Positions 10,749 through 22,979 are shown, counted from the stretch's first letter. The stretch is 64,000 nucleotides of DNA from Balamuthia mandrillaris (GCA_031835245.2 JAVKOQ020000050.1:1-64000), one strand, 5' to 3'. Numbers and translations are program-made. The notes: a model not told the origin generated them from the sequence alone.

Positions 10749-11687
10749 ATGAAGGCATTCGCGACATTGCTTCTGCTCCTGGGCCTCTTGGCCACTGCTG
10801 CTTTCGCCAAACCCATGAAGAGCTACGGCAAGGGCGACGTCAAGTACGACGGCGAGGACGTGACCTACGATGGCGGGGACGTCAAGTACGATGGCGGGGA
10901 TGTGAGCTACGACGGCGGGGACGTCAAGTACGATGGCGGCGATGTCATGTACGACGGCGGCGACGTTAAGTACGACGGGGATGTGAGCTACGACGGCGGC
11001 GACGTTGAGTACGATGGCGGAGATGTCATGTATGACGGCGGTGATGTCAAGTACGATGGTGATGTGAGCTACGATGGAGGCGATGTCTCCTACGATGGCG
11101 GTAACGTCAAGTATGATGGCGGGGACGTCAAGTACGACGGCGGTGACGTGACCTACGATGGAGGCGACGTCAAGTACGACGGCGGCGATGTCTCCTATGA
11201 TGGCGGCGACGTCAAGTACGACGGCGGCGACGTGAGCTACGATGGTGGCGACGTCAAGTACGATGGCGGCGACGTGAGCTACGATGGCGGGGATGTCAAG
11301 TATGATGGCGGCGACATCAAGTACGATGGCGGCGACGTCGGCTATGATGGCGGTGACGTGACCTACGATGGTGGCGACGTCAAGTATGATGGCGGCGACA
11401 TCAAGTACGACGGCGGTGATGTTGGCTACGACGGCGGTGATGTGAGCTACGATGGAGGAGATGTCAAGTACGACGGCGGCGATATCAAGTACGACGGCGG
11501 TGATGTCGGCTACGACGGCGGTGATGTGAGCTACGATGGCGGGGACGTCAAGTACGATGGCGGTGATGTCAAGTACGACGGCGGTGACGTTGCCTACGAC
11601 GGCAAGGCCTACGACGGCGGCGACGTGGTGGCCTACAACACCGGAGACGCCTCCTCCGCTGCCTCTGTCGCTGCTTTCTGGCTGTGA
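10749..11687 (+). CDS. Secreted, intronless 312-aa protein of ~38 YDGGDV(K/S/T/M/G) heptapeptide repeats
   Basis: Signal peptide MKAFATLLLLLGLLATAAFA, then a near-perfect 7-aa repeat with synonymous codon variation between units; stop TGA 11685-11687. Confidence 0.9.
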   Translation: MKAFATLLLLLGLLATAAFAKPMKSYGKGDVKYDGEDVTYDGGDVKYDGGDVSYDGGDVKYDGGDVMYDGGDVKYDGDVSYDGGDVEYDGGDVMYDGGDVKYDGDVSYDGGDVSYDGGNVKYDGGDVKYDGGDVTYDGGDVKYDGGDVSYDGGDVKYDGGDVSYDGGDVKYDGGDVSYDGGDVKYDGGDIKYDGGDVGYDGGDVTYDGGDVKYDGGDIKYDGGDVGYDGGDVSYDGGDVKYDGGDIKYDGGDVGYDGGDVSYDGGDVKYDGGDVKYDGGDVAYDGKAYDGGDVVAYNTGDASSAASVAAFWL

Positions 11688-12311
11688 GTGCCCACGCCGG
11701 CAGCAGCAGAGGAAGAAGCAGGAGAGATTTTTTTTTGGAGAGTTTTTAGTGTTGTCTCTTCTTCTCTTCTTCCAACAACGGTTTTGAACGTCTCTTTTTC
11801 TTTTTTGTTGCATGATATGGCTTTAGCATGTGCTTTATTGCAGACTGAGGAAAGAGCTCTGGTTGCTGCTGTCCACCTTCTGGTTTGATGAGTGCTGAGC
11901 GGGAGCTTCCAGTCTTGATTGAAAACGGATTCTGCTTTTGGGGGTTTGCGTGCCTTTGTCCTTCTCTTTCTCCTTCTCTGCTTTGTGCTTGCTTCAGGGA
12001 GGGGGTTGTAGTCCCATGACTGTGCCTCTTTGCCTTCTTCACTTGTGAGCTTTGCTTCTTGCTTGGTGGTAACCATCGTTGGCCATCATTATCTGCTGGT
12101 TTGTGAGTCCGGTGCATGCGGTGCAGCGATGGTGCACAGAAACTGTACAAACAGTGCACGCATTGTCGAGGGATTGATATATTGTGCACCAATTGTCCTC
12201 CACTTGACCACGAAAATTTTATTATTCAAATTTTTCCAAGAATTTTTTTTTTTGTTTTCGTCCAACAAAAGATAGAAAGAAAGAAGAAGAACGAACTTCA
12301 AAGAAGAGATC

Positions 12312-14346
12312 ATGTTTGGCTTGAATCCTTTCCACAACCCACTTTTTGCTCGCCGTGGTGCTGGTGGACGAGCTCCTCTTCCTGCTGTGCCTTTATGGAA
12401 CAACAATATCCTGCGAGGTGACGAAGAAGAAGAAGAAGAGGAAGAACAAACGAAGCGGCTGCACCCCCGCAAACCCCCCTTTCAGGACAAATCGACCCTC
12501 TCCGAGTGGACCAACAGGGACGTGTTGGATTGGTACGAGAGCAAGAGCGTGGGCCTTTGCGCTGCGTTCCCGGAGGGGAGGCACCTGTTGAAGGCCAACC
12601 AGATCGACGGCCAGGCCCTGCTCGCCATGACCTCGGAGACCTTGCTGCTGATGGGCTTTGAGGAGGAGGCCCACCGCCAACGGCTGTTGAGCGCTGTCGA
12701 CGTGCTGCGCAGCTCCAAACAAGGCAGCGAAGACCGCGAGGAAACGCGAAGAGGAGAAGAAGAGGGAGAAGAAGGAGGAGAAGGAGAGAACAAAAAAAGA
12801 AAGCGAGGAGAAGATGGAGAAGCAGAAGAGAAGATAGAAGAGAAGAAGAAAGATAAAGGAAAAGAAAAAGAAGAAGGACATGAGGAAGAAAGCGCGAAGA
12901 AGAAAACAAGGGTGGAGAAGGAGGAGGAAGAAGGAAAACGAGGTGAAGGAGAAGGAGGAGTGACGGGGACTGTGGAATGTCCGGTTTGTATGGATGATGT
13001 GGAGTGCGGCGATGCTCATTCCTTGGCCCGATGCCATCACACCTATTGCAAGTGCGTTTTCCTTCGCTTCGTCTTTCTCGTCATTCTTGTGCTCTTCGTT
13101 CCTCTTCTTCTCTGTCGTTCTCTGCTCTTTAATTTTCTCCCTTCTCGATCTAATCTTCCTCTGTTCTTCCATTCGTTTTATGTTTCCTGCCTGCTTTCTT
13201 TTGCTCTATTTTTTCGATTCTCTCCTCCTCTCGTTACTCGTTGCTCTTATTCTTTCGGTGCTCTTTCTGGTCTCTCTTATTCGTTTTTTTTTTTGTCCTC
13301 TTTTCGTTCCATAACATTTCGTCTCAACAACTTAAAGGTTATGTTTGCAACAATACTTTATGACCAAAGTCTCTTCCAAAGAGTTCCCAATTCTCGTACG
13401 TGTACCGTTAGATTCTCATAATTGTTTCTTTTCTCTTTTTCTTTTGTGGCTTCTCTCTCCTCTCGTTCTGTTCTTTCTTCTCATTATAAATAAACAAAAA
13501 CCAAAAAGTGTCCAGATCCAAAATGTAAAACAGAAGTGCTTCCAACGGATGCAAAGGCCGTTCTCGACGAAGACTCCCTCGATAAGTTTGAGAGGTTCTC
13601 TTTGAGTGCGATGGTCGAAAAGAATCAGGACATGTACAGCTGTTGTCCTACTCCTGGTACTGCTCTCTCTGTTCCTTTGCTGCTTATTATTTCTTATTTT
13701 TAAGTTGTGCTTTCATCTCACCTTGAATTTTTTTCCAAAGGCTGCAGCTATGTATTTGTCTGGATGAAAGGAGATGACCCTCATTTCCGTTGCGAAAAGT
13801 GTCGAAAGCATTACTGTAATCTTTTTCTTCCGTTCTCTCCTTTCTATTTTTTTTTCTCTCTTGTCTTTATTTTTGTTCATTTTTTCATTTATTTTGAAGA
13901 GATAACTTACATCAACTCTTGAAACAACAAAAGGTCTTTCTTGCAAGACGGAGTGGCACAAAGAGTTGAGTTGCTTGCAAATGAGGCGAAGTGCGGAATG
14001 GGCTCTTCTCAACATGAAAGCGGATGCGCTCTTCGAAGAGCTTGTCACTGGCAGAAAGTATAAACAATGTCCTGAATGTCGGTTTTGGGTTGGCAAGTCC
14101 GTTGGATGTAACGCTTCCTTTCCTTAAATTCTTTCTTCTTACTTCTTACTTCATTCTTTCTCCTTTCTTCATAGAAAAAATGTTTTATTTTTCTAAAACT
14201 CTCTTTGCCAACCAGGTAATTCTATGTCATGTCGGTGTGGAACCCATTTCTGTTATGCATGCGGGTCTTCCAGCTGTGATGGTTATTCCTGCCCCCAGCA
14301 AAACGAAGCTGGCGAAGAGGAGGACGAGGACGAAGAAGATTACTAA
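12312..14346 (+). CDS. SAM-domain RBR (RING-IBR-RING) E3 ubiquitin ligase, multi-exon
   Basis: SAM WTNRDVLDW..QIDGQALL..AHRQRLL. RING1 CPVC..CHHTYCKLC..CPDPKC. IBR CPTPGC..CEKC..YCLSC..WH..C. RING2 CPEC..KSVGCNSMSCRCGTHFCYAC. All introns are in-frame GT-AG. Confidence 0.9.
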
Positions 14347-14443
14347 AACATAACCTGCTTCTATTTTTTTCTTCTTCTTACTTTGTTAATAATGGTCTTT
14401 TTAATTAATATTAGAAACAAGAAAGACAAAGAGAGAAGTTGGA

Positions 14444-15587
14444 ATGATGGCTTCACCGGCGACTTCGTTGACAGAACTTCCTCCCGAACTGCTCTCCATG
14501 GTCTTTGAGCACATCCAGGCGAAGGACCTCTTCCCAAGTTGCTTCCTCATCTGCAAGTCCCTTCTCCAGGTGGTAGACAGCGAGTCCTCTTGGAGACAAC
14601 GTTGTTACTCCTCCTCCTCCTCTTCTTCCGAAGAGAACTCAGGAGCAGAAGAAGCAGCTGAGAGCAGCTCCTGGAAAGCAACCTTCCGTGAACAGCATGC
14701 CATGCAATGGGACTTACACCACCACACCCTTCCTTCCCAAGAGGCTAAAGCTGTGAAACGAGAGGTGGCCGTTCAGGGCAGCTGTGCTGCGCCTATTCTT
14801 TCAGGACCAGAGCAAAACCTCTTTCTTTGCAAACGGCAGGTGCGATGGGAGCAGAGAGGAGGGATGTCTTCCTACGTCTCTGTGCGCTCCAAGGTGGCCT
14901 TCACGCCTCAGTCTGCTCAGAAGCAGAGAAGCTTCGAGTTTGTGATCAAGGGCTACCTCTCCACTCATGTGTTTGGGGTTGGGTTGATTGATGACTCGTG
15001 GGATTGTCGGTTGCATGCCCATGTCAAAGGCTATCATCCCCGTTCCTGGATGTGGTGGTCTCAACAGCAATGCATGTTCGTCTTCCTCTTCATTCTCTCC
15101 GTTGTTTTCCCCTTTTTTCTTTCTTGTGCTTGCCGCTTCTTTCTTATAGTCCCTTTTTATGCGTACTTCACCCTCATCCATTCTTTGGTGCTTCCTTTCT
15201 CTTCTTCCATCTCGTTTCTTTTCTTTCAGCCACAACATCATAGGATATAGCCTCGAGTCAGACCAAGTGAAACGCCACGTGAAGGCCGGGTGGAAACAAG
15301 GGGACGTCATCGGGGTTCTGGTCAACTTCAGCGAGGAGGAGGGGGATGAGTTTCATCGCAGCATCACCTTCTTCAAAAACGGAGAGTGGATGGAGTGCAT
15401 CGCCATCCCTCCGTCCGTCAACCGCCTTTGGGCCGCGGTCACCCTCTACGCCTTTGGTGATGCTGTGGAGATCCGTTCCTGCCGCCCTTACAGCATCGCC
15501 GCGGCAAAGCTGGCGGAAGCGAAACAAGAACTGGAAGCCTCTCGAGCCGCTGCTCATGCCTACGAACTCAAGATCCAGCAACAATAA
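14444..15587 (+). CDS. F-box + SPRY domain protein (2 exons)
   Basis: LTELPPELLSMVF F-box; SFEFVI..FGVGL, WKQGDVIGVLVNF..ITFFKNG..LWAAVTL SPRY motifs; one intron at about 15070-15243. Confidence 0.8.
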
Positions 15588-15687
15588 AATGAATGACCCC
15601 ATGAAGACAGAAAAGCAAGTCCACAAAATAAAAGGTATCTATTTGAGTTACATTATCTAAGTATTTTTTATTTTTGGTGTGTTCTTT

Positions 15688-15996
15688 CTACTTGTTTTGT
15701 TGAAGCTTTCTGTCACCCACCAATTGCTCCGCTCTTCCCTCCGTCTTCAGCGCCTCGTTGCCACTGAGCGCGCCTGCCGCCTCCTTGATCATGCCACCAG
15801 CCAACTCTCCAGCTCCCTCCCCGATGGCCACCGCCTCGGCAGCTTTGATCTCCTGCCTGCCTCTCTCCTTCTGGGCCGCTCCCTCTGCCTCCATTCTTTC
15901 GTTCATGAGAAGCTGGCCGGCCGTTTCCTTGAGGGCTCCAATCAGGTGGTCTTGCTGTCCGGCCGTCTTGCTGATGGTAAAGTCGTTGTTGCTCAT
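15688..15996 (-). CDS. CsbD/UPF0337-like small stress protein (two CsbD-type units), copy 1
   Basis: 102 aa, intronless; G.LKETAG..MEAEG..Q..G and G.IKEAAG.L.GNE.LK.EG.AEQ..G motifs. Confidence 0.75.
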   Translation of the reverse strand: MSNNDFTISKTAGQQDHLIGALKETAGQLLMNERMEAEGAAQKERGRQEIKAAEAVAIGEGAGELAGGMIKEAAGALSGNEALKTEGRAEQLVGDRKLQQNK

Positions 15997-16582
15997 GCTG
16001 TAATGCTCTTCAAGTGGATTGTTTGTAATGATTGTGGGGAAAAAGAATGCCAAGCCCAACCTCTTAAATAGTCGTTTGGGAAAAGCAGTAAAAATACACG
16101 GCAAAGTGTTGAACGGTAGGGAGAAAATGGCAGTGCAATCCGAAGAAAAAAGCGGCTTCTCCTTTTAACAAAAGCTCTTTTTTTTTTTTTTTTTTTTTTG
16201 CTTGAATGTTTGTGACAAAGGTACTCGCCAAGGGTTGCATAACAACAGTTGAAACGTTACCATTACTTTGTCCAAACGAATGCCAGTGCCTTTCCCGCAT
16301 GACTATATTTGGGGAAGCATCCTCACCTGTTCCCATGCTGACCAATGCAAACATCACATGTAACGCATTACACCAACAAAAACCAGTAAAATTTCAATAC
16401 GCGGTTACATATTAATTTCTTCCGATTTCACTCCATCTATCATCCTATTTTCCACCACTTCCCCAAGAAAAAAATCTCCGTAACTCAAAAAAAAAACTAT
16501 AAAACTGAAAGTAATGTTCTGTTGTCTTTTCTTTCACAAAAACTTTACACAACAAACAAACAACTACAATACAAAAACAACA

Positions 16583-16891
16583 ATGAGCTCAAACGATTTC
16601 CAAGCGGACAAGAGCGCTGGCATGCAAGACCAACTGGTGGGTGGGTTCAAGGAAACCGCCGGCAAGGTGCTGATGAGCGAAACCATGAAGGCGGAGGGAG
16701 CGGCCCAGAGGGAGAGAGGCAGGCAGGAGATCAAAGCTGCCGAGGCGGTGGCCATGGCGGAAGGGGCCGGGGAGAAGGCCGGAGGGGTGGTCAAGGAGAT
16801 GGCGGGAGCCATCACGGGCAACGAGGAGCTGAAGAAGGAGGGAAGAGCGGAGCAATTGGTTGGCGACAGAAAGCTTCAACAAAACAAGTAG
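16583..16891 (+). CDS. CsbD/UPF0337-like small stress protein, copy 2 (inverted paralog)
   Basis: 102 aa; 76/102 residues identical to copy 1 by manual comparison; TATAAAA near 16498. Confidence 0.75.
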   Translation: MSSNDFQADKSAGMQDQLVGGFKETAGKVLMSETMKAEGAAQRERGRQEIKAAEAVAMAEGAGEKAGGVVKEMAGAITGNEELKKEGRAEQLVGDRKLQQNK

Positions 16892-17080
16892 AAAGAACAC
16901 ACCAAAAACAAAAGACTGAAGACGAAACCCATTCAACAACTGCGAAGCAAGAAAACGAACGTTTGTGTATAACTTTAGGGAGCATAAGAAATAGAAATGT
17001 GTTTACAAAGGAAAAAAACTTTTTTTTTTTTGGGGTGTTGAAGAAGAGAGAAGAGATAAACGCAGGCGTCGTTGTTTCAT

Positions 17081-20000
17081 TCAATGACGCATGCCAAAGG
17101 AGAAACGAGACACTTTTGGCGATCCTTTCTCCTCTTCGGTTGCACCCTGTATCAGCGTTATCAATCCTTCGGTCCCTTCTTCCTCCTCGTCCAACTCTTC
17201 CTCCTCCTCCTTTCCTAGTCTTCTTCGTGCTCCGCCTTTCGTCTTGTTCTTCTTCCAGCTGTCCAGCAATCTGGCTCCGATTCTCATCTCCGCTTTGCTC
17301 TTCTTCATCGTTTCCTCCATTTGGCCGCTCCATTCGCTCAACGCCAACAACAGGCCCTCCACGTCTTTGCCTTTCTTGGTGGCCGCAAAGAGTTTGGCCT
17401 CCAGTTCCTTGTTCTGTTGAGCCAACTCCGCATTGATCTTCTGAAGTTCGATCCTTCTGCCCACCTCTCCCTCGTAGACCTGTTTGGAAGCCTGCAAGCG
17501 TTCTTGAAGCTGCTGCGAGGTCGCTCTCTCCTCCTCCAGGTCGCGAGAGAGCTGCTCGTTGGTCGCCAACTGCGCTTCCAAAGAGGTCCCTCGTTCATCC
17601 AACTCCATTTTGGTGGCTTTTTGTTTCGCCAAAAGTTGGTCGTAGAGAAGTTGTGTCTCGTCGAGTGTTGTTTGTAAAGTTTTGGCTTCCATCTGGCTCC
17701 GTTCCAGCATCTGCTGTTGACGTTTCAACTCTGCGGAGAGAGCCTCCTTCTGCTGTTGAATCTCGCTGAGAGCTTCTTCTTTCTCTCTGCGCAGCGTGGA
17801 GAGCTCCTCCTCAAAGCTGTGTTTAATGGCCACCATTTTAGCTTTCAGCTCTTCTGCTTCAGACTCTTTTTCGTGTGACTTGGCGCGGAGTGCTTCCAGC
17901 TCTGATTGGAGCTCGTTCTGAACCGTTTGTAATGCCGTTCGTTCTTCCAACAAAGTTGTTTCCTGAAGCTTCAAACGATGAACTGTGCTTTTGCTTTCCA
18001 CGATCGCTCCCTTGAGGTTTCTGTTCTCTTCCCGAAATACCTTGAGTTGCTCTTCTATTTCGCTCATTCGCATCTCCAATTCGTTTGTTCTCTCCTTTTC
18101 TGCCCTTAACCGTTCTTCCGTTTGAGAGACTGTTCCAACCAACTCCTCTTCTTTTCGTTCTCTCTCGATGACCATCTCTTGTTGTTGCTGCTGCATTCGT
18201 TCCTTCTCTTCCATCCACGATTGTCGCTCTTGTTCCGTTCTCTCTTTTTCTTCCTTCCATCGGTGCTCGAAATCAGTCCTTTCCTCGTCCATTGCCTCAG
18301 CCAACAGCTCTCGCTCTTTCTGCCATTGAGACTTCAGCTGTTCCATTTTGTCTTGCAACAACTTTCTCTCTTTGTTCCATTCTCCCCTTTCCTCCGAAAG
18401 GGCTTCTTCCAAATTGTTTAACTCCACTTCCATTTGTTGCTCGTACTGTTTCCTGCTCTCACTTTCCTGTTCTAAGAGCCGTGTTGTTTCTAACAACCTT
18501 TCTTCTGTTTGTTGTTTCGCTTCCATCAACTTCTGTCTGGCATTATCCCATTCTTCCTTCACTGCCTCAAGTCGTGCTTGCTCTTCTTGCCATTCTCTTT
18601 GTCGTTCTTCCCATCTCTTACGTTCCTCTTCGAGCCGCTCGGTTCTCTCTCGTTCCGCCATCTGTGCTTGTTCCGTTAACTCGTCAATCTTTTGTTGCAA
18701 CAGTCGAACTTCCTCTTCTTTCTTCTCTATTTCTTGTCGCCATCGTTCGTTGTTTGCCTCTCTATCTTCTTTCAATGCCTCTTCCTTCTCCAGTTGCATA
18801 TCTGTTCGTAGTTGTTGTTCCAATTGTTCTAGAGCAGAAGAATGTTCCACATTCATGCCTTGTCTTTCCTCTTCCCAACGAGCTCTATCTGATGGATTAA
18901 AAATCACACAAGTGAGTAAACTCACAAATGAAAGTTCTTGCGAAGACGCGGTGATGGGGTGGGCTAGAGGGCTACAGAAGCGTACTGGTCGCACATTCTT
19001 CTGCTCTAGAACAATTGGAACAACAACTACGAAATTTCACTTACCTGCTTCCCATGCTTCCTTTTCTTCTGCCAACTCTTCCATTACAGCTCGTTTCTCT
19101 TCAATCAGCTTTCTACGTTCTTCGCTTAGTCGTTGCGTGAGTTTTGAGAGCTCTTCCTCCATCTTTCCTTTCTCCTCGTTCCATTTCTCTTGTTCTGTAG
19201 TTCGCAGGCTTTCCAGCTCTGTTTTCTTGGCTTCAAATTGCTTTCTTTCCTCCTCCACGTGTTCCACCACTTCTCTCATTTTATCGTTGAACTTTTGTTT
19301 TAGGCGTTGTCTTCGTTCTTTGGCTTCCACCAAAGTGTTTTCCTCTCGTGCCTTGCTTTCCTCTTCCATTTCTATTTTTTCCTGCTCCCATTGCTCCTTT
19401 TCTTTTTCGAGTTGCGCTCTCTCCGCTTGGAGCTCTTTTCTCTCCGTTTCGAATGATTCTATTTCCTCTTCCAAAGCTTTTTTCTCTTCTTCTAACTCGT
19501 TCTTTTCTTGCTCCAGGTCTTCTTTTTCTCTTATGAGTCGTCTGTTTTCTTTCTCGATCTCGTCTTTCTCCTCTTCCAGTTCTTTTTGTTGTTCTTCCAA
19601 TTCTTGCAATGCAGTTTCCAACTCTGTGATTCGTTCTTTTGTCTCCTCGTTTGCTCTTTCAAGCTCGCTCTTTTCTGTCATTGCTGCTTTCAATTGTGTT
19701 TTTAGTTGTTGCAGTACTTCTTCATGTTCTGTTCTAGTAGTCTCCAATTCTTGCAAGAGTTGATCTTTCATTTGCTGTGCTTCTTCCTCTTTCCTGCGTT
19801 CCAATTCCGTTCGTTCCTCCTCCATTGCACTTCTCTCGCTCTCAGTAGCTGCTCTTAATTGAACGTTCAACTGTTCTATCTTGTTGCGAAGCACTTTTTG
19901 CACCTCCAACAAATTGTTGTTGCCGCGTTGAAGGCTGGTTATCTCTTCCTCTTTTTCTTTCTCTCGTTTCTCGAGTGCGTGTTTTGTCTCCTCTCGTTCC

Positions 20001-21960
20001 TTCTCCATCCTGTCCTTCTCTTCCTGGAGTGCTCTTTTAGTTTCCATCAGTTGCGCCAAGCTTGCAAACTTTTCTCTCTCCTCTGCAATGATTTGCTCCT
20101 GAGCATCCGCCAACGTTCTCTCCAATTCCTCTATTCGTTGTCTTTGTGCAATATATTGTTGATCCTGTTCTTCCACTCGTTGAAGCAACTGCGAGCGACT
20201 CATCTCGAGGACGGAGAGACTCTCTCTCGTCTTCTCAAGGCTGTTGTTCACTCCCATTGCTTTCTGTTGCGAGACAAGCAGCTTCTGCTTCATTTTCTCT
20301 TGTTTTTGTTCCAGTTCCTGTTTTTTGCTTTGCAGGAGCAACAGCTCCTCTTCCTTCTGCCTGCTCATTTGCTGATACTGGTTCTGAAGTTGTTGCATCT
20401 CCTCCTCCATTCGACGTTTGTTCTCTTTGAGCTCTCGCAACTCCTCTTCTCTGGCTCTGTCAAAAGCTAGAAGGCCAGAGGGTTGTCTTCGGAGTTCGTT
20501 GCTGCGGTACTTTTGCATCAACACCTCCAAAAACTTTGTAAAGTCAATGTCTTCATCTTCGTTTGAGGTTTGTTGAATTAGCCCTTGAACCTGTTTGTTT
20601 TTTTAATAAGTTTGAGAACAAAAACTACGCAAAAACAACAAAGGGACGTACATCCTCCTCCGTCCATCCCTCTCCAATGTTCTTGACTACTTTTCTCAGC
20701 TCATCCACCGAAATGGAGCCCAGTCGTCCTCCCTCATCAAACATCTGGAAAGCAGCCGTCAAGTCCTGCTCCAAGTCGCTGTACTTTAAGTGTGCCATCA
20801 TCGCACAAAACTCGTGAAAGTCTATAACGCCGTTCGAGTCTGCATCCACCTCGCGCACCATGGCATCGAGATAGTCCTCGCTGGGTTCATCGCCGAGTGC
20901 GTGGAGAACGCGACGAATCTCCTCGCGGGTAATGAGACCGTTTCCGTCTGTGTCAAACAAGGAGAACACTTCCCTGTAGAATGAAGAAATGGGTTAAGAA
21001 CGCAAGAAGGAAGAAAAGAACAGGAAGAAAGAAGGAACCTTATCTCTTCCAACTCCGCAGTGGTGAAGTTGTCCCTCAAGTACTGCTGTTTGGCCAGTTC
21101 CCGTTCTTTTGAGAGTGAGAGAGAAAGAGAGGGAAGAGAGGCAAAGAAGCAGGGGGAGAGAAGGAAGAGACATGAGAACCATACCATGAGGAAAAAGAAG
21201 AAAAAAGAAGAACAAGAACAAGAAGAACAAAGAAGAATGAACAAGAAGCTTCTAGAGAGAACGAGAGGAGAGAGAGAGAGAGAACGAGAGGAGAGAGAGA
21301 GAGAGAGATAGGAAGAGAGAGAGAGGAAGAGAGAGAGAGAGAGAGATCAACAGAGAGAGAGAGAGAGAGAGAGAAAGCACAGTACCTTCTTCCGTAATGC
21401 CCTTTTCCTTGTCTTTACGAGCAGAGGAAGGGGTTGGCGTAAAGGACGCCACTGCCAGCTGCTCCACCACCGCTTTCTCCTTCCCGCCACCACCACCCGC
21501 CTGCCCCACAGCAGCCGGTGTGGAAAATACGCTCTCCTCCTCCATCCTTGTCGTCGTGGTGGTCGTTGCGGTTTGTTGCTCCTCCTCCTCTTCCTCCTCC
21601 TCGCCACCACCATGCTCCTTGGTGGAAGCTTTGCTGTAACTCAACTCTGGAAGTTTTGTTCCCTGTTTTTATTTTTTCAAAAAAAAAAAACTTCATCATC
21701 AGATTTTTCCAACTTCATCATAATCTCTCCATCAAAACAAAAACAAAAAAAAAATAGCACATCCATCAAACCTTGAGACGGTTAGCGACACGTCGACGTT
21801 TGGCCAAGCGCCGCGTGGCGGAGGAGGGAGCGGCCTGCGGGGTGGTGGGCGCGACGGAAACAACAACCGCGCCCTGCTGCGCCTCTGCAGACGCAGCCCT
21901 GAGGTGGCCCTCCTCCTCCTTTGTGCTGCTTTTGGCCGCCAAAGGCTTTCTTCTCTTCAT
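17081..21960 (-). CDS. Calmodulin-like EF-hand module fused to a ~1000-aa coiled coil, multi-exon
   Basis: Exon 1 MKRRKPL..RLK joins in frame via aaaaacag|GTKLPELSYSK. Then FSLFDTDGNGLITREE, EVDADSNGVIDFHEF, AFQMFDEGG..ISVDEL, IDFTKFLEVL, running directly into E/K/Q/R-rich heptad exons 20530-19045 and ~18890-17081. Confidence 0.8.
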
Positions 21961-22554
21961 TTTTGTTTTTTTTTTGAAAAAAACAACCAGAACAGATCTG
22001 CTCTTCCTATAGGAGTCTTTTTTTTTTTTGATGAAACAAAAAAAAGAAAGAGAAGAGAGAAATGTACACTTTTTCTCTCACTCTTTCTCTCAGCAATCGT
22101 TTTAATTCAAGTTTCGTTATTCTTTTTTCTTTCTTTTGGATGGAATGAATAAAAATTAAAGTTTCGTTTGGCGTAAAAAAATAATGATGAATTTCCCGCC
22201 TTTTTTTTGTGTTAGGTAACGGTCGCCATAGGAACGATCGGAATGGGAGGAATGTTGCCTTAATAGGGAAAGAATGTCGGGGGAGCGAAGCACGCTTTGT
22301 GCAATGATTCGGTGTGACAGTAGTCCTTGTCGACATTGATATTCCCTCGCTAACATTATATGTAAGTAATGCGGAGAATGTCGAGAAATAAACTTGCATT
22401 CTTCTTGATGAAGAGAGCAGCAACAAGAACACAATGCAGTCGAACCAGGACTCGTGTGTTAACAACAATATCATCGACATAAGGAAAGGTTTGTCTCACG
22501 TCCGGTGTGGGACAACAGGGGATCTTGTTGGTGGGCCAAGAATATGAAAAGGAT

Positions 22555-22914
22555 TTAGTTTTGAGTGGTGGAGGAGAGGATGGCTTGGATTTCGCGAGCC
22601 ACGCCGTTGTCGTTGTTGGTGAAAGGGGAGATCTTCTTGGCCGCCCGCTTGGCCTCGTCCTTCCCTTGAGCCATGCACACGCTGTAGCCAGCCACTTGCA
22701 ACATCTCAATGTCGTTGTCTCCATCTCCCATGCTGACAACTTGATTGATATCCAGATTCAAATGTTCACAAAGCTTTATCTTTAAAGCAAAGCATACCGT
22801 TCAGTTGCGAGAAGAAGGAGACATTAGAAGAAGAAGAGGAAGAAGAAAAAGAAGAAGAAAAAGAAGAAGAAGAAGAAGAACAAGAACAAGAACAACAACA
22901 ACAACAACAACAAG

Positions 22915-22979
<65 letters not shown>

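Noticed and set aside
10840..11630. 21-bp tandem repeat as a CRISPR array
   Set aside because: No unique spacers; it is a coding repeat in a eukaryotic context.
10542..11813. 423-aa minus-strand ORF of VAAVVLD repeats
   Set aside because: Antisense shadow of the YDGG repeat gene; the plus strand has the TATA box, signal peptide and synonymous-only variation.
11633..12192. Minus-strand ORFs between the YDGG gene and the RBR gene
   Set aside because: No recognisable domain or supporting splice structure; they overlap the 3' end of the YDGG gene.
18348..19763. Long Ser/Phe-rich plus-strand ORF (also 5141-5941, 58244-58987, 59666-60707)
   Set aside because: Stop-poor antisense frames of E/K-rich coding sequence.
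22264..22347. Imperfect inverted repeat agggaa..aatgtcg / cgacatt..ttccct
   Set aside because: Short and imperfect; no other evidence of a structured RNA.
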